DNA from: Candidatus Nomurabacteria bacterium
GTDB lineage: Bacteria > Patescibacteriota > Minisyncoccia > Phycocordibacterales > UBA9973
DNA: 64,000 nucleotides
Direction of reading: 5' to 3'
NCBI GenBank assembly: GCA_020631955.1
Contig: JACKGL010000002.1
Coordinates: 13,860 to 77,859 of the forward strand
This document shows, one piece after another, positions 51,477 through 59,763 of this stretch; position 1 is the first letter of the stretch; every line of letters begins with the position of its first letter. A program made the position numbers and the translations under genes. The notes under the pieces were generated by a model that searched no databases, was not told the DNA's origin, and worked only from the letters and a program-made list of their open reading frames with translations.

Positions 51477-53120
51477 TTAAGTTAGACTTTCTTTCATATA
51501 CAAAGCTTTTTCTGGATTCTGTATCTCAAATAAATGAACATTATTTTGATCATTATCTTTACTTCGCAGATAATTCGCGTACATTTCTTCTTCTATTATA
51601 TCATCTTGGTTTAGTGCTATTGTGTTAAATATTTGTTTTAAATATTCTTTTTTTGTCATTCGAAGAAATTCCTCAGAGCCTCGAGATAGACCGCCCCGTA
51701 CTAAGAGTTCATATAATATATCTATATGTTCATCTTTAAAAATTTCATCGTATTTTTTTATACCCAACTGATCCATTTCATACTCCAACACTCTTTTTCT
51801 AGCATCTCTTTCCGCAGGAGATAAATAGTAACCTACGTCTGACGTTTCATACTCATTCAATCTAGTGCTATCAAAAGATTCTAAATATAATTCATAAGCA
51901 TAATCTGACATAAGATAGTTACCCTCGGTGGACTGGTGTTGACGTTCATGCACCACCAAAGTTGACATCTCTTTTTCCCTTTCCAAGTTACTGTCATATA
52001 TATCACTTTCATTCTTCAAAAAAGTGGGTAAATGTATATCTTTACTTCCAGGTTCGTAAAAACCTATGACGAGCCCGGACTTACTATTGGACCCACTCAC
52101 GGAAAACATATCTGTAGAATATATAAGAAAACTCTTACTTATATTCTCAATTCTACGTTTGTATATATCGTCCCATTTTCCATGACCCCCAAACTCGTTT
52201 TCGAGTTTTTTCTTATACATATTTGAGTTCATTATTTTACTTATCCAATCTGACTGAAATACATATTCATCTATTGTTGTATTGAGTTCAGATCTTAACT
52301 TAGAAGCAAACATCTTAATGTAAGCTACGTCTTTTGTCTCCCCTAAATATCCTTTTATTTTTAGTTCTGGATTTGTAAAGTACCCATCATATTTATTGTA
52401 TTCATAAAGCAAATCCTCATATCTCTGCTTGCGTTCTAAAGCCTCTTTCACAATAGAATCCTCCATTATCTTATCTATTTGGATCTCAATATCATTCATC
52501 TCTTGCTCCGATTCAATATTTTCTTTACCTTCTAAACCTGAACTATAACTTTGGTAAAATAACTCATTGTATCTGTCTATCAATGAGTCTATTTGCATAA
52601 TCTCTGTTTGTTTTTGATTGCTCGTTTGATCATATTCACGAAAGGATTTGGCAATATCTTTCTTTAATAGTTGGATACGATAAACCTCACCTCGGAAGAA
52701 AGACTCCACTAGATCTACATCAGAAATGTTATCTATTATCTCTTTTAACTCATCTCCTCGCATTTTATACATTTCTGAATTCGCAAAAAAATGAATCATT
52801 TTATCTACATCTGAAAGATCTTCTGAGGAAAACTTTTTATCACTTTCTATGTTTTCTATTTTTTGCTTGTCTAAAATATCTTTTTCATGTTTTTTTTCTA
52901 GATATGAATCAATAGATTGGTAAGAAAAAATACCGGTAGAAAGACCTACGAGAAATATATGACATGTATGTAAAAGTCTATTTCTTTTTTGAATCTTTTC
53001 TACCTCCTCAGGAGTAAGTTCTTTTTTTTCTTCCTTTACTTTCTCTTTCCCTGTACCTGGAAATTCTTCAAATTGAGGCACCCCATCTTCCCACCCATTG
53101 GGAGTAAAATTTTCTTTCAT
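51477..53120 (-). CDS. Orphan 547-aa membrane-anchored protein with an HExxH motif (putative zincin-like)
   Basis: It has one TM (LLHTCHIFLVGLSTGIFSY), a long helical Glu/Lys-rich region and a C-terminal third with STLVVHERQHQSTEGNY. It is the only gene between the two 46-bp direct repeats. Confidence 0.6.
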   Translation of the reverse strand: MKENFTPNGWEDGVPQFEEFPGTGKEKVKEEKKELTPEEVEKIQKRNRLLHTCHIFLVGLSTGIFSYQSIDSYLEKKHEKDILDKQKIENIESDKKFSSEDLSDVDKMIHFFANSEMYKMRGDELKEIIDNISDVDLVESFFRGEVYRIQLLKKDIAKSFREYDQTSNQKQTEIMQIDSLIDRYNELFYQSYSSGLEGKENIESEQEMNDIEIQIDKIMEDSIVKEALERKQRYEDLLYEYNKYDGYFTNPELKIKGYLGETKDVAYIKMFASKLRSELNTTIDEYVFQSDWISKIMNSNMYKKKLENEFGGHGKWDDIYKRRIENISKSFLIYSTDMFSVSGSNSKSGLVIGFYEPGSKDIHLPTFLKNESDIYDSNLEREKEMSTLVVHERQHQSTEGNYLMSDYAYELYLESFDSTRLNEYETSDVGYYLSPAERDARKRVLEYEMDQLGIKKYDEIFKDEHIDILYELLVRGGLSRGSEEFLRMTKKEYLKQIFNTIALNQDDIIEEEMYANYLRSKDNDQNNVHLFEIQNPEKALYMKESLT

Positions 53121-53197
53121 GTTATTTATTATATAATAATGTTCTAAATAAGCTAACCCCTATTCAAAAACCAAGCTATACTCAATAAAACAGCGAA

Positions 53198-53243
53198 ATT
53201 CATAAAACCTCACGGCTGCCGCTGCGCGAAACATAAGAAATAG
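53198..53243 (+). repeat. Direct repeat, right copy (orphan copy of the SET 3' end)
   Basis: attcataaaacctcacggctgccgctgcgcgaaAcataagaaataG would encode the same ..FIKPHGCRCAKHKK* but has no gene body upstream. Confidence 0.9.
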
Positions 53244-53430
53244 TTATTTATCTGGTTCCAGGAGGAGGGGTTGGGTATATCTTTACTATAACAATAACTA
53301 TTTCAGGCCAATTTTTGTATCCTTACTTATATCTATCATGAGGTTTCTACGAGGTAAATACCCTCTATAATATATTTGTAATAAGTGATATATTAAAAAT
53401 ATCCGATCTTTAATGGAAAAGTATTAAAAA

Positions 53431-54663
53431 ATGGAAAACAACCTAAATTCACATATAAGTAAAAACATTCCTGGATCAATCCTTAACATGTATAAAATAC
53501 CTGGATTGAAAGAAGTTGTATATGAAAAATACTTAAAAAGTAGAGAGGCGTTTAATCGTGAAGAGTTGGAGAGTTTTGATTATGAGTATTCAATATCAAG
53601 ATTAAAAAATAATATTATTTCAAGTAAAAAAGATGATATCTACGCATTAATTTTAGAGTCTTTAAATAATGATAATATTGAAATACAGAGAGCTGGGGCA
53701 TCATTTATTTACATGACAGATAAAAACACTCAGCAGAAATTAGAAAAATTAGTACTCAATAAAGTTTTTAGTGCGTTAAATACTTCTGATATTCAAATAC
53801 AAAGAATAGGTATGAATATGATACAGTTCACACCTGAAAAAGACCAAGCAGAATTAAGATTTTTAACTAAAAATATAATTGAGTCCGGTCTAAACTCCGA
53901 AGATATACAAATATTCAGAGTCGTGGCAAAAAAAATAAACTTGGCACCGGAAGAATATCAAGAAAAATTAAAAGAGCTTTTATATTTAAAAATTAAAGAA
54001 AAACTGAGTGAAAAAAGCATAATAACTCAAAGAATTGTTGCGACTTTAATAAAATACATACCAGTTAGTAAACAAGATGAATTGAATCGTCTAGTTATAT
54101 CTAAATTCGAGGAAGCAAAAAAGGGTGGAAAAAGTAATGAAATAGTAGAACCTCTATTATACTTAAAAACTAAAATGCCTAATAATTCCAAATTATCAAG
54201 AGAGCAGTTTTCCAAAACAGGTTCAAAAACTACATTATTTTTAGGAGAGAACCTAAAAAATAATTTAATAATGCGCCACATAGAAACTGCTTGTTTCATT
54301 GCATGGAAAGAAGCCTATGAAAATTTTGAGAAATGGAAGTCTGTTGGTTTTGACTACGTACCAATAGAACCTATATATTCTTTTAGCAAAGAAAAAAACA
54401 CCAGCCTTACAAATGTTGTCTCTGGCGTGTTAGATTTAAATCTCGAAGAATGGTATTCGTTTTCTTGTAATTTATTTAAGTCAGATTTAGACGAAAAGAA
54501 AAAAGTTATTATTTCTACACTTGAGAGTATGGGTATTGAACATGGTCACCCTAACAATGATAATTTTTGTTTACGTTTTAATAGAAATGAAGACGGAACT
54601 GTAGATCTTGATACAGTTCCTCGTATATACATGATAGATTTTGATAAATCCTTTAGAAAATAG
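53431..54663 (+). CDS. Protein with four exact-period 38-aa helical (HEAT/ARM-like) repeats and a possible kinase-fold-like C-terminal domain
   Basis: Repeats at aa 78-115, 116-153, 154-191 and 192-229 share L(N/S)..(D/S)I.IQR(A/I)G....I.(F/Y).P...Q.(E/K)L. The C-terminus ..MGIEHGHPNNDNFCL....VPRIYMIDFDKSF vaguely resembles the HGD.H..N / IDF(D/G) blocks of small-molecule kinases. Confidence 0.6.
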   Translation: MENNLNSHISKNIPGSILNMYKIPGLKEVVYEKYLKSREAFNREELESFDYEYSISRLKNNIISSKKDDIYALILESLNNDNIEIQRAGASFIYMTDKNTQQKLEKLVLNKVFSALNTSDIQIQRIGMNMIQFTPEKDQAELRFLTKNIIESGLNSEDIQIFRVVAKKINLAPEEYQEKLKELLYLKIKEKLSEKSIITQRIVATLIKYIPVSKQDELNRLVISKFEEAKKGGKSNEIVEPLLYLKTKMPNNSKLSREQFSKTGSKTTLFLGENLKNNLIMRHIETACFIAWKEAYENFEKWKSVGFDYVPIEPIYSFSKEKNTSLTNVVSGVLDLNLEEWYSFSCNLFKSDLDEKKKVIISTLESMGIEHGHPNNDNFCLRFNRNEDGTVDLDTVPRIYMIDFDKSFRK

Positions 54664-54705
54664 GCGGTATTGAAAAAAATATCTAATTCTGATATAAGTT
54701 TAGCT

Positions 54706-55272
54706 ATGGCTAAGTATATTTTTGACTTTGACGATGTGCTTTTCTTTAATACAGAAAAGTTCAAAAAACATATGTACCAATGTTTTGAGGAAATCGGAGT
54801 ATCGTACGATACAGTGAAAAAATACTATAAAATCGAAAAAGAAAAAGGTTGGGTTCTGCAAAATCTTGTTGAATCAGTTTTGGATGGTGAGAATATAAAA
54901 ATAACCACTAAAGAAGACTTATCTGAAAAGATCATGAGGGTATGTAAAGAGTACACCAATACTGATCTAATAAATAGAATCAAAAAACTAAATAGAGAAG
55001 ACTGCTATATGGTGACTCATGGAGTAAAAGAGTACCAACTAGAGAAAATACAAAGGACTGGTGTGGGTTCATTGTTTAATCAAATTTTTATTGTACAAGA
55101 TACAAAAAAAGATCCTGTTGAAATGATATGTGAGAAGTTTAGAGACGAAGAGGTTATTTTTGTAGACGATAAAGAAAAACGCTTTGCAGATCTTAATTTT
55201 GAAAAATATCCTAACTTGAGAAAAGTATTATATGTAGACAACGAAAGTATTAATAAAATTTTTAATGAGTAA
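54706..55272 (+). CDS. HAD-superfamily hydrolase (phosphatase-like)
   Basis: MAKYIFDFDDVLFFNT is the DxDx(V/T) motif I, and FVDDKEKRF is motif IV-like. The ORF track starts it at a TTG at 54670; ATG 54706 is the more plausible start. Confidence 0.65.
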   Translation: MAKYIFDFDDVLFFNTEKFKKHMYQCFEEIGVSYDTVKKYYKIEKEKGWVLQNLVESVLDGENIKITTKEDLSEKIMRVCKEYTNTDLINRIKKLNREDCYMVTHGVKEYQLEKIQRTGVGSLFNQIFIVQDTKKDPVEMICEKFRDEEVIFVDDKEKRFADLNFEKYPNLRKVLYVDNESINKIFNE

Positions 55273-55278
55273 TTATTA

Positions 55279-57393
55279 ATGAACGATAGTTTTACAAAGT
55301 TTATACCAGAAGATAAATCGTGGCTCACAAGGGTAGGTGTATTAGATATAATAAATGGTTACACAGATATTGAAAAGTTCATCGACCAACTATCTAATGC
55401 AAATGAAGATGTACTCGCTATTAGAAATGCTAGTAAAGACTGGAGAAGTAATAGTAAAATACGTGTTGGTGAATCAGCTACTTTATATAGACTTCTCAGA
55501 TTTGCTGCTTGGAAAATGGATTTAAATAAAACATTTATAATAAAAGGTAGCTTAAAAAAAAGACATATAACAAACAACCCGGAAATAATTAAACTTAAAC
55601 AGAAAGATCTACTTAAATTAGATAATGAAACCACCCAATGGGCGACTGCTTCGGTTATATGTGGTGATTTAGAAAGGTTACCTAACCCACCATTAAAGCT
55701 TAAAGAAACATATGAGGCAGTAGATCATTGGAATTTAAAAAGGGGTCAGGGTTTGTGTTGGGATGTTAAATATGATGTAACGATTGAAAGACAAGCTCAT
55801 ACTTTTCTTATGTTACTTAAAAATAAACCCGTTGATTATACTCCTTTGTGTTCTGATGATTACTGTTTTGCAAGAGTGTTTGATTTTATAAATAAAGAAA
55901 GCGGGGCTAAGTTCTGGCCCAGTTTAATTGGACACGAAACTAACCGTATTGAAGAAATGGAAATAGCTATAAAAGAAGCAGAAAGTACTCTTCACATCAC
56001 ATCAGAAGATCACCGGGTGATACAAGCTCTATCAATGTGGGGTGTATTAAAAAACAAAAATCTTATCTTTAAACATAAAAAAGCTGTGAACAAATCATGG
56101 CCACTTTTTTGGGATTTTTTAGAGTATGCAAAAAAAGAATCAAAAAATGAAAACATTTTAAATGATACCGTAGTTAACAAAACTCATAAAGACATCTTGG
56201 GTATGATTTCTCAAGAAGTAAAAAAAGAGAATGATACTATTTCATTAATACCCTCTGAAAATATAATGAGTAAATTGGCAACTAGTGCATATACACTTAA
56301 CAGTAATAACCGTTATATTATAAAATCTAAAATAGGCTCAAGATATTTCATGCCAGGTAGAGAAAATTTGGGTAATTTAATATCTATTCTTGAGAAAAAA
56401 TTGTGTCAGGCATATAATGTTGAGTTTTGTATAACAAAAGGTCTTTCTGGTATTCACAATATGGATATAGTAATGTCAGCTATTAATAAAATTTCTAATA
56501 AAATTATTATTATAGATACTTTGAGTGGTGGGCATAGTAAAACTAAAGGTATTGCAATAAAAAATGGTTTCCAGGTTGAAACGATAAAAATAGACTTTGA
56601 TACTTGGGATTTAGATTATAAAATTTTAGATAAGCTAATTAAAAAGTGGGAAAAAGAAAGTGTTTTTATTTATATAGACCACACAGTATCAGTTAACCCA
56701 TTAGATATGCACAAGCTTGTAAAGAAAGTTCCCTCTAAGTGGATCATTTATTATGATATCTCCCATTTACAACTGTTTTACTTTACTCAAATTTTTAAAT
56801 TTCCTAGGGGAAAAAACTTCTTTTTTGGTGGAAGTACACATAAAACATTTCCTGGCCCACAAAAGTCTATAGTATTATTAAATAATAGATCATTATATGA
56901 GTTAGTTGATTCTGAATTCGTAAAAAACACCTCTAGTGTACATACCGGCAGTTTATTAGCTCTACTTATAACTGTAATTGAGATGGAGAAGTTTGGTAAA
57001 AAATATGCAGAAGATATATTACTAAAAACAAGAAAGCTCGCTAAATTACTGAGTAGAGAGCTTGATGTGATTGGTCCGAAACCCACTCTAACAAACACTC
57101 ACCAAATCTGTATTGATGTTCCTAATATAGTTGAAATTACTCAACGTCTAGCATCTGTTGGTATTATTACTATGCCCATGAGAACCCCCTCAAAAAATAA
57201 AAGCGGTCTTAGGCTTGGTATACAAGAATTATGCAGACTGGGGTTAAAAGATAAACATTTAGAAACGATATCTAAGGCTATAATTACTTGTGTAAAATAT
57301 GAAGACTTTGAAAGTCAAAAAAGAAACATTTACAGATTAGCTAAAAAGCTAAATAATATAAAATATACATTTCCTAATAAAAAATACTTCTAA
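55279..57393 (+). CDS. Fusion protein: shortened EPSP-synthase (AroA)-like N-terminal domain + divergent serine hydroxymethyltransferase (SHMT)-like PLP domain
   Basis: SHMT half (about aa 300-704): ISLIPSENIMS (vs IELIASENYTS), RYFMPG, SGGHSKTKG (vs HGGHLTHG), DISHLQL (vs DMAHVAGL), GGSTHKTFPGPQ (vs TTTTHKTLAGPRG, the PLP-Lys), NTHQICIDV (vs DNHLFLVDL) and SGLRLGIQELCRLG (vs SGIRVGTPAITRRG). N-terminal half: KSWLTRVGVL (vs AroA KSVSNRALLL), VGESATLYRLLRFAAW...IIKGSLKKRHI (vs LGNAGTAMRPLAAAL...LTGEPRMKERPI) and SEDHRVIQALSMWGVL......KSWPLFWDFLE (vs YNDHRMAMCFSLVAL......KTFPDYFEQL). Confidence 0.7.
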   Translation: MNDSFTKFIPEDKSWLTRVGVLDIINGYTDIEKFIDQLSNANEDVLAIRNASKDWRSNSKIRVGESATLYRLLRFAAWKMDLNKTFIIKGSLKKRHITNNPEIIKLKQKDLLKLDNETTQWATASVICGDLERLPNPPLKLKETYEAVDHWNLKRGQGLCWDVKYDVTIERQAHTFLMLLKNKPVDYTPLCSDDYCFARVFDFINKESGAKFWPSLIGHETNRIEEMEIAIKEAESTLHITSEDHRVIQALSMWGVLKNKNLIFKHKKAVNKSWPLFWDFLEYAKKESKNENILNDTVVNKTHKDILGMISQEVKKENDTISLIPSENIMSKLATSAYTLNSNNRYIIKSKIGSRYFMPGRENLGNLISILEKKLCQAYNVEFCITKGLSGIHNMDIVMSAINKISNKIIIIDTLSGGHSKTKGIAIKNGFQVETIKIDFDTWDLDYKILDKLIKKWEKESVFIYIDHTVSVNPLDMHKLVKKVPSKWIIYYDISHLQLFYFTQIFKFPRGKNFFFGGSTHKTFPGPQKSIVLLNNRSLYELVDSEFVKNTSSVHTGSLLALLITVIEMEKFGKKYAEDILLKTRKLAKLLSRELDVIGPKPTLTNTHQICIDVPNIVEITQRLASVGIITMPMRTPSKNKSGLRLGIQELCRLGLKDKHLETISKAIITCVKYEDFESQKRNIYRLAKKLNNIKYTFPNKKYF

Positions 57394-57560
57394 TTTTATT
57401 TCCATGCACATCAGCTAGTTATGTGGGGGAAAATGGTTTGACAAAAGGGTAAAATAATGATTCAATAGAGATAAGAGGATTTGTTGGGAATACTACGTAA
57501 ATTTCCAACCTCAATCCCCTGAATTCCTTAAAAATTTTATAACACTAAACCCTAACTATC

Positions 57561-58820
57561 ATGAAAAAGTTAACTATTTTTTTGTTAACCTCTATCATGA
57601 TGATAGGGGTAACTTTTGGACAATTTAACACCTACCACTTCGAAGGAGTGGAGGCGTTCTCTTTTGACTGGGAAAATGGTGAAGAAGCCACCACTTCCAA
57701 TTCGTTCTTCGAGATCGATGAGGAGAAATTTGGCTACAGCCACCTGAATATCCAGAAAGAAGACGGCAGAACGTTCTTGGTGAATTCCAAGAATGATGTG
57801 GCCGAGTACTTCAACTACACCTTAGCCGACAGGCCGGTGGATGTAGTAACCGTAAATAGCGGTGTGATATTCGTATCCACCAAAAACGGAATCTACAACC
57901 TGGAAACAGGGGAAATGCTCTCTGGTATCGAAGGTTTCATCACTGGAACCAATGGTAATATCAGGATGGATTACGACCCCGTGCTCAACCGCTTGTATTT
58001 CGCAGGTGGAAAAGTAGAAGGGTTCGGCTTCAGAGACTTTGAAAGTGGTATAACCACTTTTTACGGTTATCTGGATGAATTTCCTGACTATGCTGTCAAC
58101 GATATCGAAGTAGTGGATGGTGATGTATACATCGGAGCTGGTGAGCTTTGGGTGTATAACGTCATATCTGAAGACTTCGGACTGATCGAAGGTGTGCCGA
58201 GCTTCCTTTCAGTAGGAGGTATCGATGAACTCCCGGACGGATCTATATTTGTAGGTGGTGCTGACCTAAGCAACCAGAACACACTGGTATGGATCAAGAA
58301 TGGAACATACCAGAACGAGTACGCTTTATCTGGCATCCCTTTCTTCTACAATGGTGAATACTTCCTTAGTGGAAGTGCCGGACCTGCAGACGACGGGTAT
58401 TTCCATTACTTTGATCCTGTAACTGGTATCACGTCATCTGTGGTGGCTAGTGGAGTGGATATGCAAAACAACATCCAAGTAACTTTAGTTGATGGAGAGT
58501 TTTGGTTTTATTCACAATACGGAATAGCTACAAACATTGTAGGTGTAATGGGCTACTATGGTTATCCTGTGGCCAGACTGACCGATGACGAGATCGTGGG
58601 TATCCATGATACACAGATACTGTCATTTACTATCTACCCCAACCCCACCACTGAGTGGGTGAAGGTAGAAGGGCTCCCTGCCGGGACTCCTTTGTGGATG
58701 ACAGATGCCATTGGTCGTAGCATAGAGGTTACCCTCATCGCTGCCAACACCATCGATGTGAGTCGACTCCAATCAGGAATTTACTTCCTCAATGGAAAAA
58801 AACTCATAATCCAAAAGTAA
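57561..58820 (+). CDS. Secreted beta-propeller-like protein with a type IX secretion (Por) C-terminal sorting domain; compositionally foreign
   Basis: It has the signal peptide MKKLTIFLLTSIMMIGVTFGQ. The last 65 aa or so, LSFTIYPNPTTEWVKVEGLPAGTPLWMTDAIGRSIEVTLIAANTIDVSRLQSGIYFLNGKKLIIQK, match the T9SS CTD pattern (YPNP...., .D..G(R/K)........ID.S.L..G.Y). Hand GC count is 27/60 at 57661-57720 against 19/60 at 56401-56460. Confidence 0.75.
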   Translation: MKKLTIFLLTSIMMIGVTFGQFNTYHFEGVEAFSFDWENGEEATTSNSFFEIDEEKFGYSHLNIQKEDGRTFLVNSKNDVAEYFNYTLADRPVDVVTVNSGVIFVSTKNGIYNLETGEMLSGIEGFITGTNGNIRMDYDPVLNRLYFAGGKVEGFGFRDFESGITTFYGYLDEFPDYAVNDIEVVDGDVYIGAGELWVYNVISEDFGLIEGVPSFLSVGGIDELPDGSIFVGGADLSNQNTLVWIKNGTYQNEYALSGIPFFYNGEYFLSGSAGPADDGYFHYFDPVTGITSSVVASGVDMQNNIQVTLVDGEFWFYSQYGIATNIVGVMGYYGYPVARLTDDEIVGIHDTQILSFTIYPNPTTEWVKVEGLPAGTPLWMTDAIGRSIEVTLIAANTIDVSRLQSGIYFLNGKKLIIQK

Positions 58821-58829
58821 CGTTTTTAC

Positions 58830-58859
58830 AGATCCTGACTGAAAAGTCAGGATCTTTTT
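58830..58859 (+). terminator. Rho-independent terminator of the T9SS-CTD gene
   Basis: agatcctgact-gaaa-agtcaggatct is an 11-bp stem followed by ttttc. Confidence 0.8.
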
Positions 58860-58894
58860 CGTTTCTACACTAGTATATATACTTATCAAATATT

Positions 58895-58918
58895 AAATCC
58901 CGACTTGAGTCGGGATTT
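58895..58918 (-). terminator. Terminator of the minus-strand secreted-protein operon
   Basis: aaatcccgac-ttga-gtcgggattt lies 23 nt downstream of the stop at 58941. Confidence 0.7.
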
Positions 58919-58940
58919 AATTCAACAATAAACGTGAAAT

Positions 58941-59759
58941 CTATAGACAAAGGTTGTTGTTCTGAGCCGCTACACCACCATAGTGAGTGCTAGAGTTTTT
59001 ACCTGTGACATCTGTGACGTCTAGGTCTATACCCCAGCTATATAGTGGATAGTTCTTGTCTACTACTAGAGTAATACTAGAAGAAGTGGTGCCTCCTGAT
59101 ATGGTAGCATCTCCTACGAGAGAGTGCCAAGAATATGTATATGGAGGAGCCCCTGCACCACCTATGGTAGCAGAAAGTGATATGGTCTCACTACAAGTAC
59201 CACTAGATATAGTGCTCTTTGTGATGGTAATAGGGAGACTCTGGCTACATATGACCACCTTGCCATCTGCGTCTGCACAAAGCGGCGCTCCGTATAGTAT
59301 GTCTGGATTTTCAGCTGAAGAAAGTGAGTTTATTTTAATTGAGTTACTATTAGGAAAATCTATATGTAAAGCCTCAGTTGGAGATGACTCTGCAATTCCA
59401 ATCTTTCCACCCACGAAAACAGAAGCATCTTCATTGTAAGGAATAGTACCCACAAAAGCAGATCCTTCTTCTAAAATGGATGACCCTTCAACATAGGTGC
59501 CTTTCGTAAATGATATACCCCCGGCGTCAAACTTATAGTTTACCAAGTCAGCAAGAGCTGGGTCTGCATATCCTACAGCCACAGAACCTTGTCTGGTCTG
59601 GTCTGGTGAAAGTCTGTTCACTGGTGTAGCGACATTGTTTAGTGGTGGCGCACCGTCAGCGTTGGTCCATGTAGCATCTGCTCTATCCATACGAGCCATA
59701 CCTATAGCTAGTACTAGAGCAAGACTTATTATTCCTATTGTACGATAAATTTTTTTCAT
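58941..59759 (-). CDS. Secreted Gly/Thr/Ser-rich protein, paralog C (W..PP..N...P(I/V)N motif, Cys-loop, C-terminal P.TY.W Ig-like domain)
   Basis: The start MKKIYRTIGIISLALVLAIG is signal-like. Motifs are TWTNADGAPPLNNVATPVNRLSPDQTRQGSVAVG, GGKIGIAESSPTEALHI, LCADADGKVVIC and GGAGAPPYTYSW. The ORF extends to 59792. Confidence 0.7.
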   Translation of the reverse strand: MKKIYRTIGIISLALVLAIGMARMDRADATWTNADGAPPLNNVATPVNRLSPDQTRQGSVAVGYADPALADLVNYKFDAGGISFTKGTYVEGSSILEEGSAFVGTIPYNEDASVFVGGKIGIAESSPTEALHIDFPNSNSIKINSLSSAENPDILYGAPLCADADGKVVICSQSLPITITKSTISSGTCSETISLSATIGGAGAPPYTYSWHSLVGDATISGGTTSSSITLVVDKNYPLYSWGIDLDVTDVTGKNSSTHYGGVAAQNNNLCL

Positions 59760-59763
59760 AACA

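Noticed and set aside
51467-58860. Treating the whole 51.5-58.9 kb block as one prophage or integrative element
   Set aside because: There are no integrase, excisionase, replication, capsid/tail or conjugation genes. The direct repeats bound only the first 1.7 kb, and composition differs between sub-blocks (very AT-rich operon versus GC-richer T9SS-CTD gene). It is better described as a patchwork of separate acquisitions.
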